Part shown: positions 45,148 through 56,360 of the stretch, piece by piece
Layout: every line of letters starts with the position of its first letter
Position numbering within the stretch: the stretch's first letter is position 1
Assembly: GCF_000142905.1 (NCBI RefSeq)
Contig: NW_013657674.1
Coordinates: 404,709 to 468,708, forward strand
Direction: 5' to 3'
Origin: Thecamonas trahens ATCC 50062
Taxonomy: Eukaryota; Protista; Apusomonadida
DNA length: 64,000 nucleotides
The notes under the pieces: model-generated
What the model was told of the DNA's origin: nothing
The model's database searches: none
Seen by the model: the letters and a program-made list of their open reading frames with translations, nothing else
Program-made: the position numbers and the translations under genes

Positions 45148-47071
45148 CTACGGCATCGGCTCCATGACCACCGAGTCGACAAAGGTCTGCATGGGCAGGC
45201 CCGAAGGCGAGGGAAGGACGGTGGGCGCGGGCGAGGGCAGGACCGGGACGGCCAGGTCATCAAAGCCGACCGACGCGAGATCGTTGCAGGAGAGCGACGA
45301 CGGCAGCTGGCCAAAGAAGGTGCCTTCCGAGGCAGTTGCGAGCAGTGGGTAGAGCGAGGAGGCGATGCGGGTGGCGGCGGCGTGGCGCGAGCGCGAGGGG
45401 GCCGAGGCTTCAGACGATGCAGCCGAGTTGCGGAAGTTGGGCACGCGTAGCATGGGCGGGCGCTTGGAGGCCGAGGGGAGGTCCTTGCGCGACGGCGGCG
45501 GGAGCGGCGACGACGGCGCCTTGAGCGTCTTGCGGCGCTTGACCGGGCGCGGGGTCATCGACGGCATAGGCGACGAGCCGCGCGAGTTGGCGAGCTTGTC
45601 CTTGGTGTAGAAGCGGTCGAGGAGGTCGAGCTGCTTGACGTTGCGCCGAGTCACGATTTCGTTGACCACCTGCGCAGCGTACTCTTCCGGGTACCGGGAG
45701 CGGACCTTGACGGTGAGATCATCGATTTCGGCGCTGGAGAGCTTGCGGACGTTGAGGGCGGCCTTGGCCGACCGCGACTGCAGCGAGAGCTGCGACGGGG
45801 TGAGCTCGCGCGAATGTGGCGCGTCGCGCGAGCGGGCAGCACTCGAGCGGGTCGGCACGGCCCTTGCCTCGCGCATCGGCACCGGCAGCGGGTTGACCGA
45901 GATGGTAGACGGCGACGGCGGCTTGCCGACCGGGCGCGGGACTGGGCCGGTTGACGACGGCATGGTGACCGGACCAAAGGCAGCCGACTGGCGGCGCCGG
46001 CGCTTGAGGCCACGCGGCGACGGCGGGACGCCGATGGGGACCGACATGGCCGGGTTGGGCGCGGCCGGGACCGGGAAGGCCTGCATGCTGGGCCTAGCGA
46101 CAGCCATCGGAGCGAGCTGCGGCTGCGACGGGCCAGCTGCGGCTGCGGGGGCCGGCAGAGGCTCCGGCACGGCTGCCGACTCGGAGCGGCGCGAGCGCGA
46201 GGCCGAACGGCGGCGCTTGCGCTCTGCGGCTGCGGCTGCGCGCTTCTCGGGCGACGGCACGTACTTGCGGGTCGACTTGCGCTTGATCGAGGTCAGGAGC
46301 TCGGGATGGCCACGGACAAAGTAGTTGTGGAAGAACTCCCAGCGGTGGCGCGACTTGACCTTGTGGAAGTTGTACATGTTGAGCTGGCGGACGTACGACT
46401 GGAAGTTCGAGTGCTTAAAGTACTTGCCAAGCACGTTGCGAGCAAACTTGTCCGGCGAGTGAACGACAAAGGTGTCGCCTGCGTCGGACCAAGCAAGTGC
46501 GTCATCACACTCGGGGTCGGACACCATCTCATAGGTTGCGGTGAGGAATGAGGTGATCTCCTGCAAGGGCCGGCACGGGGAAGGGGAGGCGGGTGAGTGT
46601 GGGTCGGGCTATGACGCTTTGCAAGCTGACGTAAGCGGTGAAGCGTCTTTGGTGAGGTCGGTTGCTGATGGCAGCAGGCCAAGTGGCAGGTTGCCGTTGC
46701 CCGCTTGCGCCAACCACAGAACAAAACGACCAATTAGGTAACAACGGGCCAATGGGCGTGATGAGGTTACGGCGGGCCAGGGGGCCCACAAGGGGTTTGC
46801 GAACCGCACCAAGGGGAAGTGTTGTACGTGCTACATAGTTGCACACCATGGGGGGAGTGGGGGCGTGCGGGGCGTGCAGGGGAAGGCGGTAGGGGATGGC
46901 GGGTGTGCGTGGCACGAGCGGGAGTTGCGCTCCTTTGAGCGACTCGGCGAAGCGGCACGTGCTCAATGGGCGTACCTTCTCAAAGGCCTTGGCCGAGCGC
47001 TCATAGGAACGGCCGGCCGGGGTAGGCATTGCCGCAGGGTGCGGCGTGTATACTTTGTTGCGATGGCCCAT
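45148..47071 (-). CDS. HSF-type DNA-binding transcription factor; complement(join(45148..46560,46976..47071))
   Basis: FL...YEMVSDP..WS..GDTFVV..F...VLGKYFKHSNFQSYVRQLNMYNFHKV..WEF.H.YFVRG...LL..IKRK. Phase-0 intron 46561-46975 (GTACGC..GCAG). Confidence 0.88.
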
Positions 47072-47717
47072 GGTGGCCTTGGAACGGTTGGTAGAGGTGT
47101 TCAGAGCAGGGGCTGTTGCAAGTGTGACGGCGTGTGGAAGTGGGTGACGTCGAGTGCAGAGTGAAGTGACACAAGATTCGTCAGTTTTGCTGTTGATGCG
47201 TCAACCACCGAGAGTAACGTCAGCAGTGCCACGCAATCGTGTCGCCACCAGTTTGGCATGTTGGCTCACACCAGGACCGCACAAGCTCACGAAATGGCTA
47301 CAGCTGAGGCAGATAGGCCACAGTTGTGGCAGCAGAGGCCAACTCGGCGATTGCCTGCGGTGTGGATGGAGTTGGTCCGCTTAGCTGGCGGGAGGAAGGC
47401 AGGAGCGGGAGATTGCGGCGGGACGCGGGCCGATGTGCGGCGGCATGTCATGTGCGCGAAAGGCAGGATTCTTCCGTCACCGGCTTGCGCCAGCCGTGGC
47501 GCGAAAAGGCCAAGAGGTGGGAGTCGAAAATGATGAACGGGAAATTCGCATCGACTGAACTCACTCGCTCGCCCCGACTAACAAGTGTTCGAGCAATTGA
47601 TCGATAATTAATTGATTGCGTCGTCTGGGTTTTGTGTGATTGAGGGGGAACACTCCATTCATTTCTTCACCGATTGTGACGGGAGCTTTCGAGAGCAAGA
47701 CACACTTGACTTTGACG

Positions 47718-49882
47718 ATGGAGGAAGTCACCTTTGTGCCGGCGAACGGGCACGCGCCCGCCCCGCTCTCTGCGGATACCTACGCATACTACCTCTCTGA
47801 TGCAGTCAACTACGGACCCGCGTCGCGGACCTTCCATACGGTCACGACATGGCCCGAGACCTTTGAGCCGCTTGCCGGGCGGCTGGTGGTCATTCGTGAC
47901 GAGACGACACGCAAGCGGACGCGGCCCAACCCAGACCGCGTTCCATGGAAGTCGCCGCGCGGGTGGAAGCCGCTCAAGTCTGTGCGCAACCTTCCTGTTA
48001 TGGTACGTATTTCTAGGTGCTCCTTTTAGTGTTCCCCCGTTGCCTGCGCTGTGGCCATGCCCATCCCCCGCACCCGGTGGTGGAGACCCGGACTGTTCTT
48101 TTCTTCGCTCGCTGACGTCGCCCCCCCCCCCCCGCCGACTCCTTCGCGAAGGATCGAGCCACCCTCGCCGAGCCGGGCTTCCTCAGCTGGTCTTGTGGGC
48201 TTGTTTTTACCTCGCCAGCACCTTTGCAAAGCACGGAGAGGGGGTGTGGGGTGTGGCTCATGCACTTGCTTCGTTTTCCTTCCCCTTCCCCCCCTGAGCA
48301 CCAAGTTCCCCCCGCCCTGGCACAAAGGCTGCGGGTGGCGGAAGCCTCGTGCGGGAGTCACTCGCTTGAGTGACTTTGTTTATGTTTTCGCGCCTCGGGG
48401 CGGGCTTTCATTGGCAGACGCGTCAACTCACGAGTGAGAGGGTTGGACATGGGCATGAACGGGGACAACTGTAGGTCCAGTACCGCAACCGGTCTGACGG
48501 CGAGTACAAGTACCGGATGTACTGCTTCCACCGCAGCGGGAAGCGCGACGAGACGGTGGTCCTCCTCCACGTGACCCACACCGAGACGTCGGACCGTTAC
48601 GAGATTGAGCAGCGCGCGCGCGAGATGGGCGGCGAGACGGCCGGGAGCAGGGTGCATCCTGAGGTGGCGGCGCGGCAGGCGCGCGCGTACCACGCGCATC
48701 AAGAGGCACAAAGNNNNNNNNNNNNNNNNNNNNNNNNNNNNNNNNNNNNNNNNNNNNNNNNNNNNNNNNNNNNNNNNNNNNNNNNNNNNNNNNNNNNNNN
48801 NNNNNNNNNNNNNNNNNNNNNNNNNNNNNNNNNNNNNNNNNNNNNNNNNNNNNNNNNNNNNNNNNNNNNNNNNNNNNNNNNNNNNNNNNNNNNNNNNNNN
48901 NNNNNNNNNNNNNNNNNNNNNNNNNNNNNNNNNNNNNNNNNNNNNNNNNNNNNNNNNNNNNNNNNNNNNCGCGCATCAAGAGGCACAGGCGGCGGCGGCG
49001 GCGGCGGCGGCGGCAGCCGCTGAGGCCGAGCAGAGGGACGCTGCTGCTGCGGCGGCGGCGCAGCAAATGCAGCCGCAGGGGACCGAGACGATGGACGCCA
49101 CTGCCAAGGGCGAGCCTTCGTTGGTCCCGGACGCAGTGCAGGGGATGGACGCCGAGTCAGACGACGAGCTGCCGGACTACGAGGAGTCGATGTACGCCTT
49201 CCCGCTAGGCCCTGCCGAGTGTGTCGACCGGGCTGAGGAGCTCGACCGCAACCTGGCGTCGATTTCTGCGGCGCTCAACGGGACGTTTGTGCCGTCGCTG
49301 TCGCGGCGGGCAGTGCCCGCTCCGCCGGTTGGCCCGCTCAACCTTGCAATGGCGCCGCTCGACAACGCATCTGCTGACGGCTCGGGCATGGCGCTCGAAT
49401 CGCCGGTGCACGCCACCAATGCGCTTAAGGATCTCGCGCTCTCGCTTTTCAAGGCGCGGCAAGCCAAGTCCGAGGCCAAGGCTTCAGGCCCCGTGCACGG
49501 GTCGGAGGCCATGCCGATGGACATGGAGATGGAAATGGCGCCGCCGCTGACGCCGCCGTCAGCCTACGTGGCTTCGGCCTTTTCCTCGGCCGTCTTGCCC
49601 TCGTCAGATGCGGTGTTCAAGGAGAGCTTCTCGCTTCCCTCGCCGCACGCGCCGCCGTCGTCCTCGCAGCTCCACTCGTTCTCACTCCGTCACGGCGTCA
49701 ACCCCTCGCTCGCCATCCCAGACCCGGCTTGGTCGCCATACGGCGTGCCAGACTCGTACGGCTCGTCGTACTCGATGAGCCAGCCGTACAAGCCGGTCGC
49801 CGCCGACCGCCTCCGCTGCTCGTTTGAGGTCTCGGCCGTTGACGATGACATGGAGGCCATGGACGTGGTCATGTCTCGCTAG
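47718..49882 (+). CDS. Putative transcription factor with a remote CG-1-like N-terminal domain; join(47718..48002,48475..49882), spans an N-gap
   Basis: A phase-0 GTACGT..GTAG intron joins two coding-like frames. Poly-Ala and S/P/M-rich C-terminus. The domain call is tentative. Confidence 0.6.
48714..48969. other. Assembly gap (N run), probably a false gap with overlapping flanks
   Basis: CGCGCATCAAGAGGCACA occurs at both 48693-48710 and 48970-48987. Confidence 0.9.
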
Positions 49883-49989
49883 AGATGCCGGCTGCCGGCT
49901 AGACGTACTATTGTAACACCCACTGTGATCTGGATGTAGGGAGGGGGGGGGGGGGGGAGGTGGCACTTGGCTCCCGAGTTCAGCGAGCC

Positions 49990-51056
49990 ATGTCGGCAGC
50001 GGGCAAGCGGCAGCGGCGACTCGACGGCAGCGGAGGGGGCAGCGAGGGTGGAGAGGGCAAAGAAATAGGAGAGTGGCAGCTAGCTGCGGTGCTGCGGCCG
50101 ACCGAGGACGGGCGGGGCGTTCCGCTAGCGCTGCGGGCGGTGAAGCTCTCGTCTGCGCGCCAGTGCGGGCCGACGCTGGCGCTCGTCCGCGAGCATCTGA
50201 CCATGCCGATCTCGCTGCGGCATCACTTGCTGGTGAAGAAGAGCAAGGTCGCAGGCGCAGTCGAGATGCTGGTGCTGCTTGGGACGCCCGAAGCGCTGGC
50301 GCGTCTGGATGCGGGCGTGGGAGCGGCGATAGCGGCAGCGGCGACCGGCGAGGCTGGAGCCGAGTTGGAGGAGCTCGTTGTCGCCGTCACTGGCTCGCTC
50401 CATCCGCCGCTTGTCCGCGAGTCTGGATGCAGCGATTGGTGGCCGATGATGGCACTGCAGCGCTCAACTTGGTCGAGTCCACCACCCGCCAGCCTCGATG
50501 GGGCTGAGGTGGCGTACCTGACGCAGACCGGGGCGCGGCTGGTGGGTGCGGCAGGTGGTCCGGGTGCGGCGCGAGTCGTCGTTGTCGATCCGGCAAGCCG
50601 AGCCGAGCTCGGGCGGGCACCGACAGACGCTGCTCTCACGCTGAGTGGGCCATCCCTACCGTCAATGCTCCGCGGAGACGGCCATCTGGTGATGGACGCG
50701 CTGGCAAGTGTGGCTGCGCCCGAAGCGCTGGCGCGTCTGGATGCGGGCGTGGTAGCGGCAGCGGCAGCGGCAAGCGCAAGTCGCCTGGCGGGGCGACCGG
50801 CTATCTCTGTACAGGAGCAGATGCGTTTGTTGTGGGCGAGCCGTGCTCAATGTGCGCGATGGCGCTGCTCCACGCGCGAATTGCGCGGGTGGTGGTTGTC
50901 GGCGACGGCGAGGCGTGTCAATGCAGCCCGGTGACGGCCGGCGGCTACACGCGCCACTTTGTGCACGCGCAGCGGGCGCTCAACCACAGCTACGCGGTGT
51001 ACCGGCTCGTCTCTGGGAGCGAGCCTGGGAGCGGCGTGGGTGGGGCTGGTGGATGA
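49990..51056 (+). CDS. ADAT3: tRNA adenosine-34 deaminase non-catalytic subunit ADAT3/Tad3; frame break at ~50717-50755
   Basis: The first frame has WWPM, VVVDP and H(LV)M. GYLCTGADAFVVGEPCSMCAMALLHARIARVV..LNHSYAVY lies in a second frame. Confidence 0.85.
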
Positions 51057-51057
51057 G

Positions 51058-51807
51058 CTATGCGGCTGGGCCGGTCGATGCGGCCGATGACGTCGGAGGC
51101 GGAGGCGCGGAAGCCTGGACCGCGAGCTGCGATGCCGAGGTCGAGGCCGAGGCGGAGGCCTGGCTCGAGCGGAGCGCCACAGTGGACTCGCGCGGGACCA
51201 TGGCCGGCTCGGGGCCAAAGGTCTTGAGGCGAGATGACTTGCCGGCGAGCTCGTAGGCCGTGGAGGAGATAAAGATGGAGGGATGGATGAAGGCGGAGAT
51301 GAGAAGGACCGAGGACTTGAGCCACGACTCGACAGCGTAGACCAAGGAGTGGATGGGCGCAGTGGAGGTGGCGATCCAGATGGCAGCACCAGCAAAGACA
51401 ACAGCAATGGCAGAGAAGCGCGAGGACTCGGCATAGACCGGGACGCCGTAGAAGGCGTGCAGCCGCGGAGTAGTGACAAAGTACTCCTCGCCGCGCCATG
51501 AGAAGGGAGCGTCTGCGCCGAGAGCACGAGCGGCGACTGCGCAAGCGGCCTCATCAAGCTCGTCCCAATCTGCGCCATGAGCCGCAGGCTCTGCCGGATC
51601 GGCTTGCGGAGCCGTGTCTGTCCAGCAGTGGACAAACTTGTAGTACGGAGCCACGGCGGCCGGCGACTTGAGCAGCTTGGGTCGCATCTTGGTGGCGATG
51701 GCCACGTCGAGGGTGGCCACCACGGGTGAGGCGCTTACCGGTCCGGCTTTAGCCCACAGAGTCTTCGCCGTCGAGAGCGCCGTCGACCGCACCGTGGACA
51801 TGGGCAT
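51058..51807 (-). CDS. Hypothetical protein, possibly profilin-like fold
   Basis: 249-aa ORF with coding-like codon usage. FSWRGEEYFV...FYG....AIAVV...AIWIA...P pattern. Confidence 0.5.
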   Translation of the reverse strand: MPMSTVRSTALSTAKTLWAKAGPVSASPVVATLDVAIATKMRPKLLKSPAAVAPYYKFVHCWTDTAPQADPAEPAAHGADWDELDEAACAVAARALGADAPFSWRGEEYFVTTPRLHAFYGVPVYAESSRFSAIAVVFAGAAIWIATSTAPIHSLVYAVESWLKSSVLLISAFIHPSIFISSTAYELAGKSSRLKTFGPEPAMVPRESTVALRSSQASASASTSASQLAVQASAPPPPTSSAASTGPAA

Positions 51808-52160
51808 GGTGGGGGATGGAAGTGGAGTGTGGTGGTGGGTGTTGGCTCCCGTGGTTGGCTGCGGTTGGGTGGGGCTACTGATTAGAAGGGGGTGGGGGGG
51901 AGGAGGGGGGGCGATGGGAATGTAGATGCGAGGAATGAGTGCGATGGGCGGTGGTTGCTGTTGTGTGGATAGCGATGTGCTGTCGTGGGTTGTGCGTTGC
52001 GCGAACTGGGTGGTGGGATATGTGTGATGTAGATGAGGTTTTGTGAGCTGAGCTGATCAACGAGCATAGTGATTTGGTTGAGACTGACTGGCCAACAGGT
52101 TTGGTTGGCCTGTCGCTGCATCACCCTCCCCCCCACCTCCCCCCCCCAAACTCAACCGCG

Positions 52161-52708
52161 CCCACCAGCGTGATCGACAGCCGTGCCCAACAGCCATGAT
52201 CGACAGCCATGCCCACCAGCGTGATCGACAGCCGTGCCCACCAGCGTGATCGACAGCCGTGCCCACCAGCGTGATCGACAGCCGTGCCCACCAGCGTGAT
52301 CGACAGCCATGCCCACCAGCGTGATCGACAGCCGTGCCCACCAGCGTGATCGACAGCCGTGCTTCACCAGCGTGATCGACAGCCGTGCCCAACAGCCATG
52401 ATCGACAGCCATGCCCACCAGCGTGATCGACAGCCGTGCCCACCAGCGTGATCGACAGCCGTGCCCAACAGCCATGATCGACAGCCATGCCCACCAGCGT
52501 GATCGACAGCCGTGCCCACCAGCGTGATCGACAGCCATGCCCACCAGCGTGATCGACAGCCATGCCCACCAGCGTGATCGACAGCCGTGCTTCACCAGCG
52601 TGATCGACAGCCGTGCTTCACCAGCGTGATCGACAGCCGTGCTTCACCAGCGTGATCGACAGCCGTGCTTCACCAGCGTGATCGACAGCCGTGCTTCACC
52701 AACGTGAT
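52161..52708 (+). repeat. 25-26-bp minisatellite (CCCACCAGCGTGATCGACAGCCRTG) x~21 with variant units
   Basis: 25-nt period (CGACAGCC at 52201, 52226, 52251), with CCCAACAGCCA- and CTTCACC- variants and no spacers. Confidence 0.97.
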
Positions 52709-52790
52709 CTCCCCGTTTGTTCGCCCACCACGCCCACCTCCCCACACTCAACCGCACTCGACGTGTGCGGAAGGACGGGCTAGTGTCACA

Positions 52791-54405
52791 ATGGCTACGT
52801 CACTGGAGGCCATGAATGCCGAGAAAGACCGCCTCAAGGCTGAAATCAAGCGCATGAAGGAGGGTATGTGACCCATGGTGTGTGTGAGCAAGGATAATGA
52901 GACAGGGAGCGGGGGGAGGAAGGGAGGGAGGAGGAAGGGGGGGGGGGAGAGGGGACGTACTTTGGTCGTTCCGTTTTTTGCTTCGTCCGCCCAACACACA
53001 GCACAGGACCGGGGGAGGAGGGGGGGTGGGGAGGAGGGGGGGGGGGGGGGTGGATGAGAGGGGAGAGAGGGGGAAGGGGGGGCAAGCAGTGGGTGGGTGT
53101 AGGTGGGAAAGGGGTCGACTCATGGCTGTGGGTGGGTGGGTGGCTGAGTGGGCAGACGCCAGTGTGTCGCCTGATCAGATCCAGCCAGTCTTTGACAAGT
53201 ACAAGGCGTTGTCGGCAAAGGTCAAGGCTGCCGAGGCTGCTGCTGCTGCCAACGGTGGCGGTTCCGCTAGTGCAGCAGCACCAGCTGGTGGTGCTGGAGC
53301 TGGAGCTGGTGGCGGATCGTTGGAGAACCTCAAGATCAAGTTTGAGGCGGAGAAGAACGCGCTCAAGCAGCACATCAAGGAGTGCAAGGCTGCAAACAAG
53401 TCTGCAGCCGACATTGCGCCGTTCTATGATCGGTACACAACGCTGCGGGCGTGGTTGGAGGCGCCGGACATGGCGTCTGTGCCCAAGCTGCGCGATTCTG
53501 CCGCTGCGCTCGGCGGCGAGGCCGCAGCAGCCCCGGCCAAGCCCGCGGTCGACTCGCTGACCATGGACCAGCTGGTGGCCGAGAAGAACGAGCTGAAGAA
53601 CACCATCAAGGAATACAAGGCCGCTGGAAAGGATGCGGCCGAGATTGCGCCGGTCTACGACCGGTACCAGGCCGTTCGCGAACGAATCACCGCTCTCGAC
53701 GCCGGCGCCGTCGCCTCGCCGGAAGTCACGCCGGCCAAGGCCGCAGGAGCAGCGGCGGCGGCACTGTCACCGTCTCCAGCGCCTGCGCCTGCGCCTGCGC
53801 CTGTAGCAGCTGCGCCTGCGCCTGCGCCTGCGCCTGCGCCTGAACCTGCGCCTGCGCCGGCACCCGTGCCGGCACCCGTGCCTGCGGCTGCTGCGACCTC
53901 GACGCCTGCGCCCTCTGCTGGGCCTGCTGGCGGAGAGAGCGTCGACACTGTCTTTGCCGATCTGCTGGAGACCTTTGACACGACTTCACAGTTCATCTAC
54001 GACCAGTACAAGGTGCTCAAGCATGGTAACGACGCCAAGCTCTCGCAGCACCTCGGGCCAAAGTTCCGCGACGTGGCCAAGACCGTGTTCAAGACCAAGA
54101 AGATCAAGTCGATGGTCGGCCCCGAGTTCTCGGACCAGATGTCCAAGCTCGAGGCAACCCTGCCGCCGCTGATGGAGACGCTCTCGCAGCTGGGCCATGA
54201 CCCGAAGTGGGCGGTGTTTGGGCCCAAGGCCAACGAGATCACCACCCTCCGCGGATCGGTCTTCAAGGTCATGGGCGCCCACCTCCCGCTCAAGGACGGC
54301 GACGTCGCCGGCGCTCGTGCTGTCGCCGACGTCTTCAAGGCCGTCGTCGAGCTTGTCCAGTCGTGCTCGGCTGCCTGCTCGCAGGCCATTGTGGCTGCAT
54401 CGTGA
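52791..54405 (+). CDS. Protein with three helical-hairpin repeats, a PA-rich linker and a helical C-terminal domain; join(52791..52863,53156..54405)
   Basis: Phase-1 intron GTATGT..GCAG restores repeat 1. Repeats follow AEK..LK..IK..K......I.P.(Y/F)D(R/K)Y. Confidence 0.78.
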
Positions 54406-54485
54406 GGGAACCCGTCAGGTAAACAAGCTGTGCGGCTCGGCTCGGTCCCTCGCCACACCTCTCGCTGCAGCCGCGCATCACTGGC

Positions 54486-55004
54486 ATGGCCTCCCGAGTC
54501 TTCGCCGACCTGGCTTTTGGCCCCAAGATCGTCATCCCTGCCGCACACGTCTTCTACGTCTCGCCTTCGGGCCTCTCGGCCGCCTTTGTCAACCTCAAGC
54601 CGCTGGTCAAGCACCACGTGCTGGTGGTACCGACCGCACCCGGCGCCCGGTTGACCGACCTCGCGCCGGAAGCCATGTCCGATCTCGCCCTCGCCGCCCA
54701 GCACGTCATCAGCGTCTTTGGCACCCGCCTCGCAGAGCCAGGCGCTCTCGAGCCGCCGCCGTTTACCTGCGCTGTGCAGGACGGTGCCGGCGCCGGACAG
54801 ACCGTCGCCCACGTCCACTTCCACCTCCTCCCGCGGACGCCGGGCGACTTTGACCGCAACGACGACGTCTACACTGCCCTGGATGCTCCAGACAGCGAGC
54901 GCATGCCTCGGTCCTTTGACGACATGGCTGCCGAGGCTGCCGAGCTCCGGTCCTGGTTTGAGGCCGTAGAGCCCTCGCCAGCCGCCGCTGCACACACCCA
55001 GTAA
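54486..55004 (+). CDS. FHIT: Bis(5'-adenosyl)-triphosphatase (FHIT/Hnt2)
   Basis: FVNLKP...[32 protein letters not shown] and RS..DMAAEA..LR. Confidence 0.93.
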   Translation: MASRVFADLAFGPKIVIPAAHVFYVSPSGLSAAFVNLKPLVKHHVLVVPTAPGARLTDLAPEAMSDLALAAQHVISVFGTRLAEPGALEPPPFTCAVQDGAGAGQTVAHVHFHLLPRTPGDFDRNDDVYTALDAPDSERMPRSFDDMAAEAAELRSWFEAVEPSPAAAAHTQ

Positions 55005-55240
55005 GATACCCAATGCAGGAAGGGGCGGCATGGGCTGATGGGGGGCAGGGGCGGGGTGTGTGTGTGGGGGGGGAGGGGGGGAAGATCGTGAATGAGTGCA
55101 TAGCGATGGTGGATGCGTGTGGGCGCGTATGTGTGTGTGTGTGTAGGGGGAAGCTGGGCGCCAGACGACCAGCGGATGCTACCACAGAGATAAACTGCGG
55201 GCAGCTGTGGCTTGTTGACAACTTGGTTCTCTTTGTGTGT

Positions 55241-55833
55241 TTAGTTGGCGGCCTTGGCAGCGGCGGCCTCCTCCTGAGCGCGGGCACGGTTGGCCTGCTG
55301 CATGGCGCGGAGCGCAGCGCCCATCTCGTCACGCTTGCGGAGGGCACGGGTGTGGGTGCCGAGCTATGGGGAAGACAAGGAGCAACAGCGTGAGTCATGA
55401 GCAGAGGAAGGGAGGGTTGGAGGGGGAGAGGGTTGGAGGGGGAGGGAGGGAGGGAGGGAGGGGGGACGAGGAGGGGTACATGGTCGGGGTCCGACTCCCG
55501 TCGTGGTCGGGCGAGCCGGCGGGAGAGCCGCCACAGCAGGGGACAACGAGGGGGGGGCCAGAGACGGAAGAGGCGGGAAGAGAGGGGGGGGAGGGGCAGG
55601 GTATGACGTACGCGCTTCTTGGCGAACTTGAGGGCACGCTTGTCGTGGCCGACACGCAGGAGCTCCATGATGCGGCGCTCGTAGGCGGCAAAGCCGGAGA
55701 CCTCACGGATGACCTCGCGAACAAACTTGGTGCGCTTGCCGAGGACGCCCTTGCGGTCCTTGGAGGTCTTCATGGGCTTGATCTTCTGGACGGGGTACCC
55801 GCGCTTGAGGCCGACGGCGATGTTCTTCACCAT
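55241..55833 (-). CDS. RPL36: 60S ribosomal protein L36 (eL36); complement(join(55241..55363,55612..55833))
   Basis: [42 protein letters not shown]|LGTHTRA.RKR.EM. Intron 55364-55611 (GTACGT..ATAG). Confidence 0.96.
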
Positions 55834-56360
55834 GGTTCTGTGCGAGGTGTGGTGTGTGTGGTGAGTATGGTAGCCGTGGGTGTGGCTGTCGGGGGGTGGC
55901 TCCACCTCTCCGAGTCATACAAAAACTACAGAAAATGGCCTGCGCCACACAGAGGCCACAGCAAGCACAGCCAAGCCCAACTTTGAACCAAGGCCATAGC
56001 CATCCCCACCATACCTCTGTACACCCCTAGCTCCATCCTGGAGCTCTCTATCTCCATTTCCTCTTGTCCTAGCCCCTCTGCCAGTGCCCACTCCCTCCCC
56101 CCCAAAACTGATGCTCACTGATGTCGCGAACGTACGTCTGTGTGGAGTGTTGCCTCTTGACGAGAGTTTATCGATAATCGCCGTATTTCGCCAATGCTTG
56201 CTCTCGCCCGACGAACGAGTGCCACCCGGTCTCAGCCCCCACCCCCTTCCCTACCTCCCTCCGGCCGCTTCCTCTCTCTCCTCTCCTTGCCATGCACACG
56301 ATCGCACATGGCTTACTTGATCGCATTGAGGGCACCACGATGACCAACTTCCCCGCAACC

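Noticed and set aside
33670-49920. TGTAA/TGTAG after some stop codons as a poly(A) signal
   Set aside because: Only about three loose instances and absent after most genes.
52161-52708. CRISPR-like appearance of the 25-26-bp repeats (also the array at 56361-56620)
   Set aside because: Units are directly abutting with no unique spacers and no cas genes, in a eukaryotic context.
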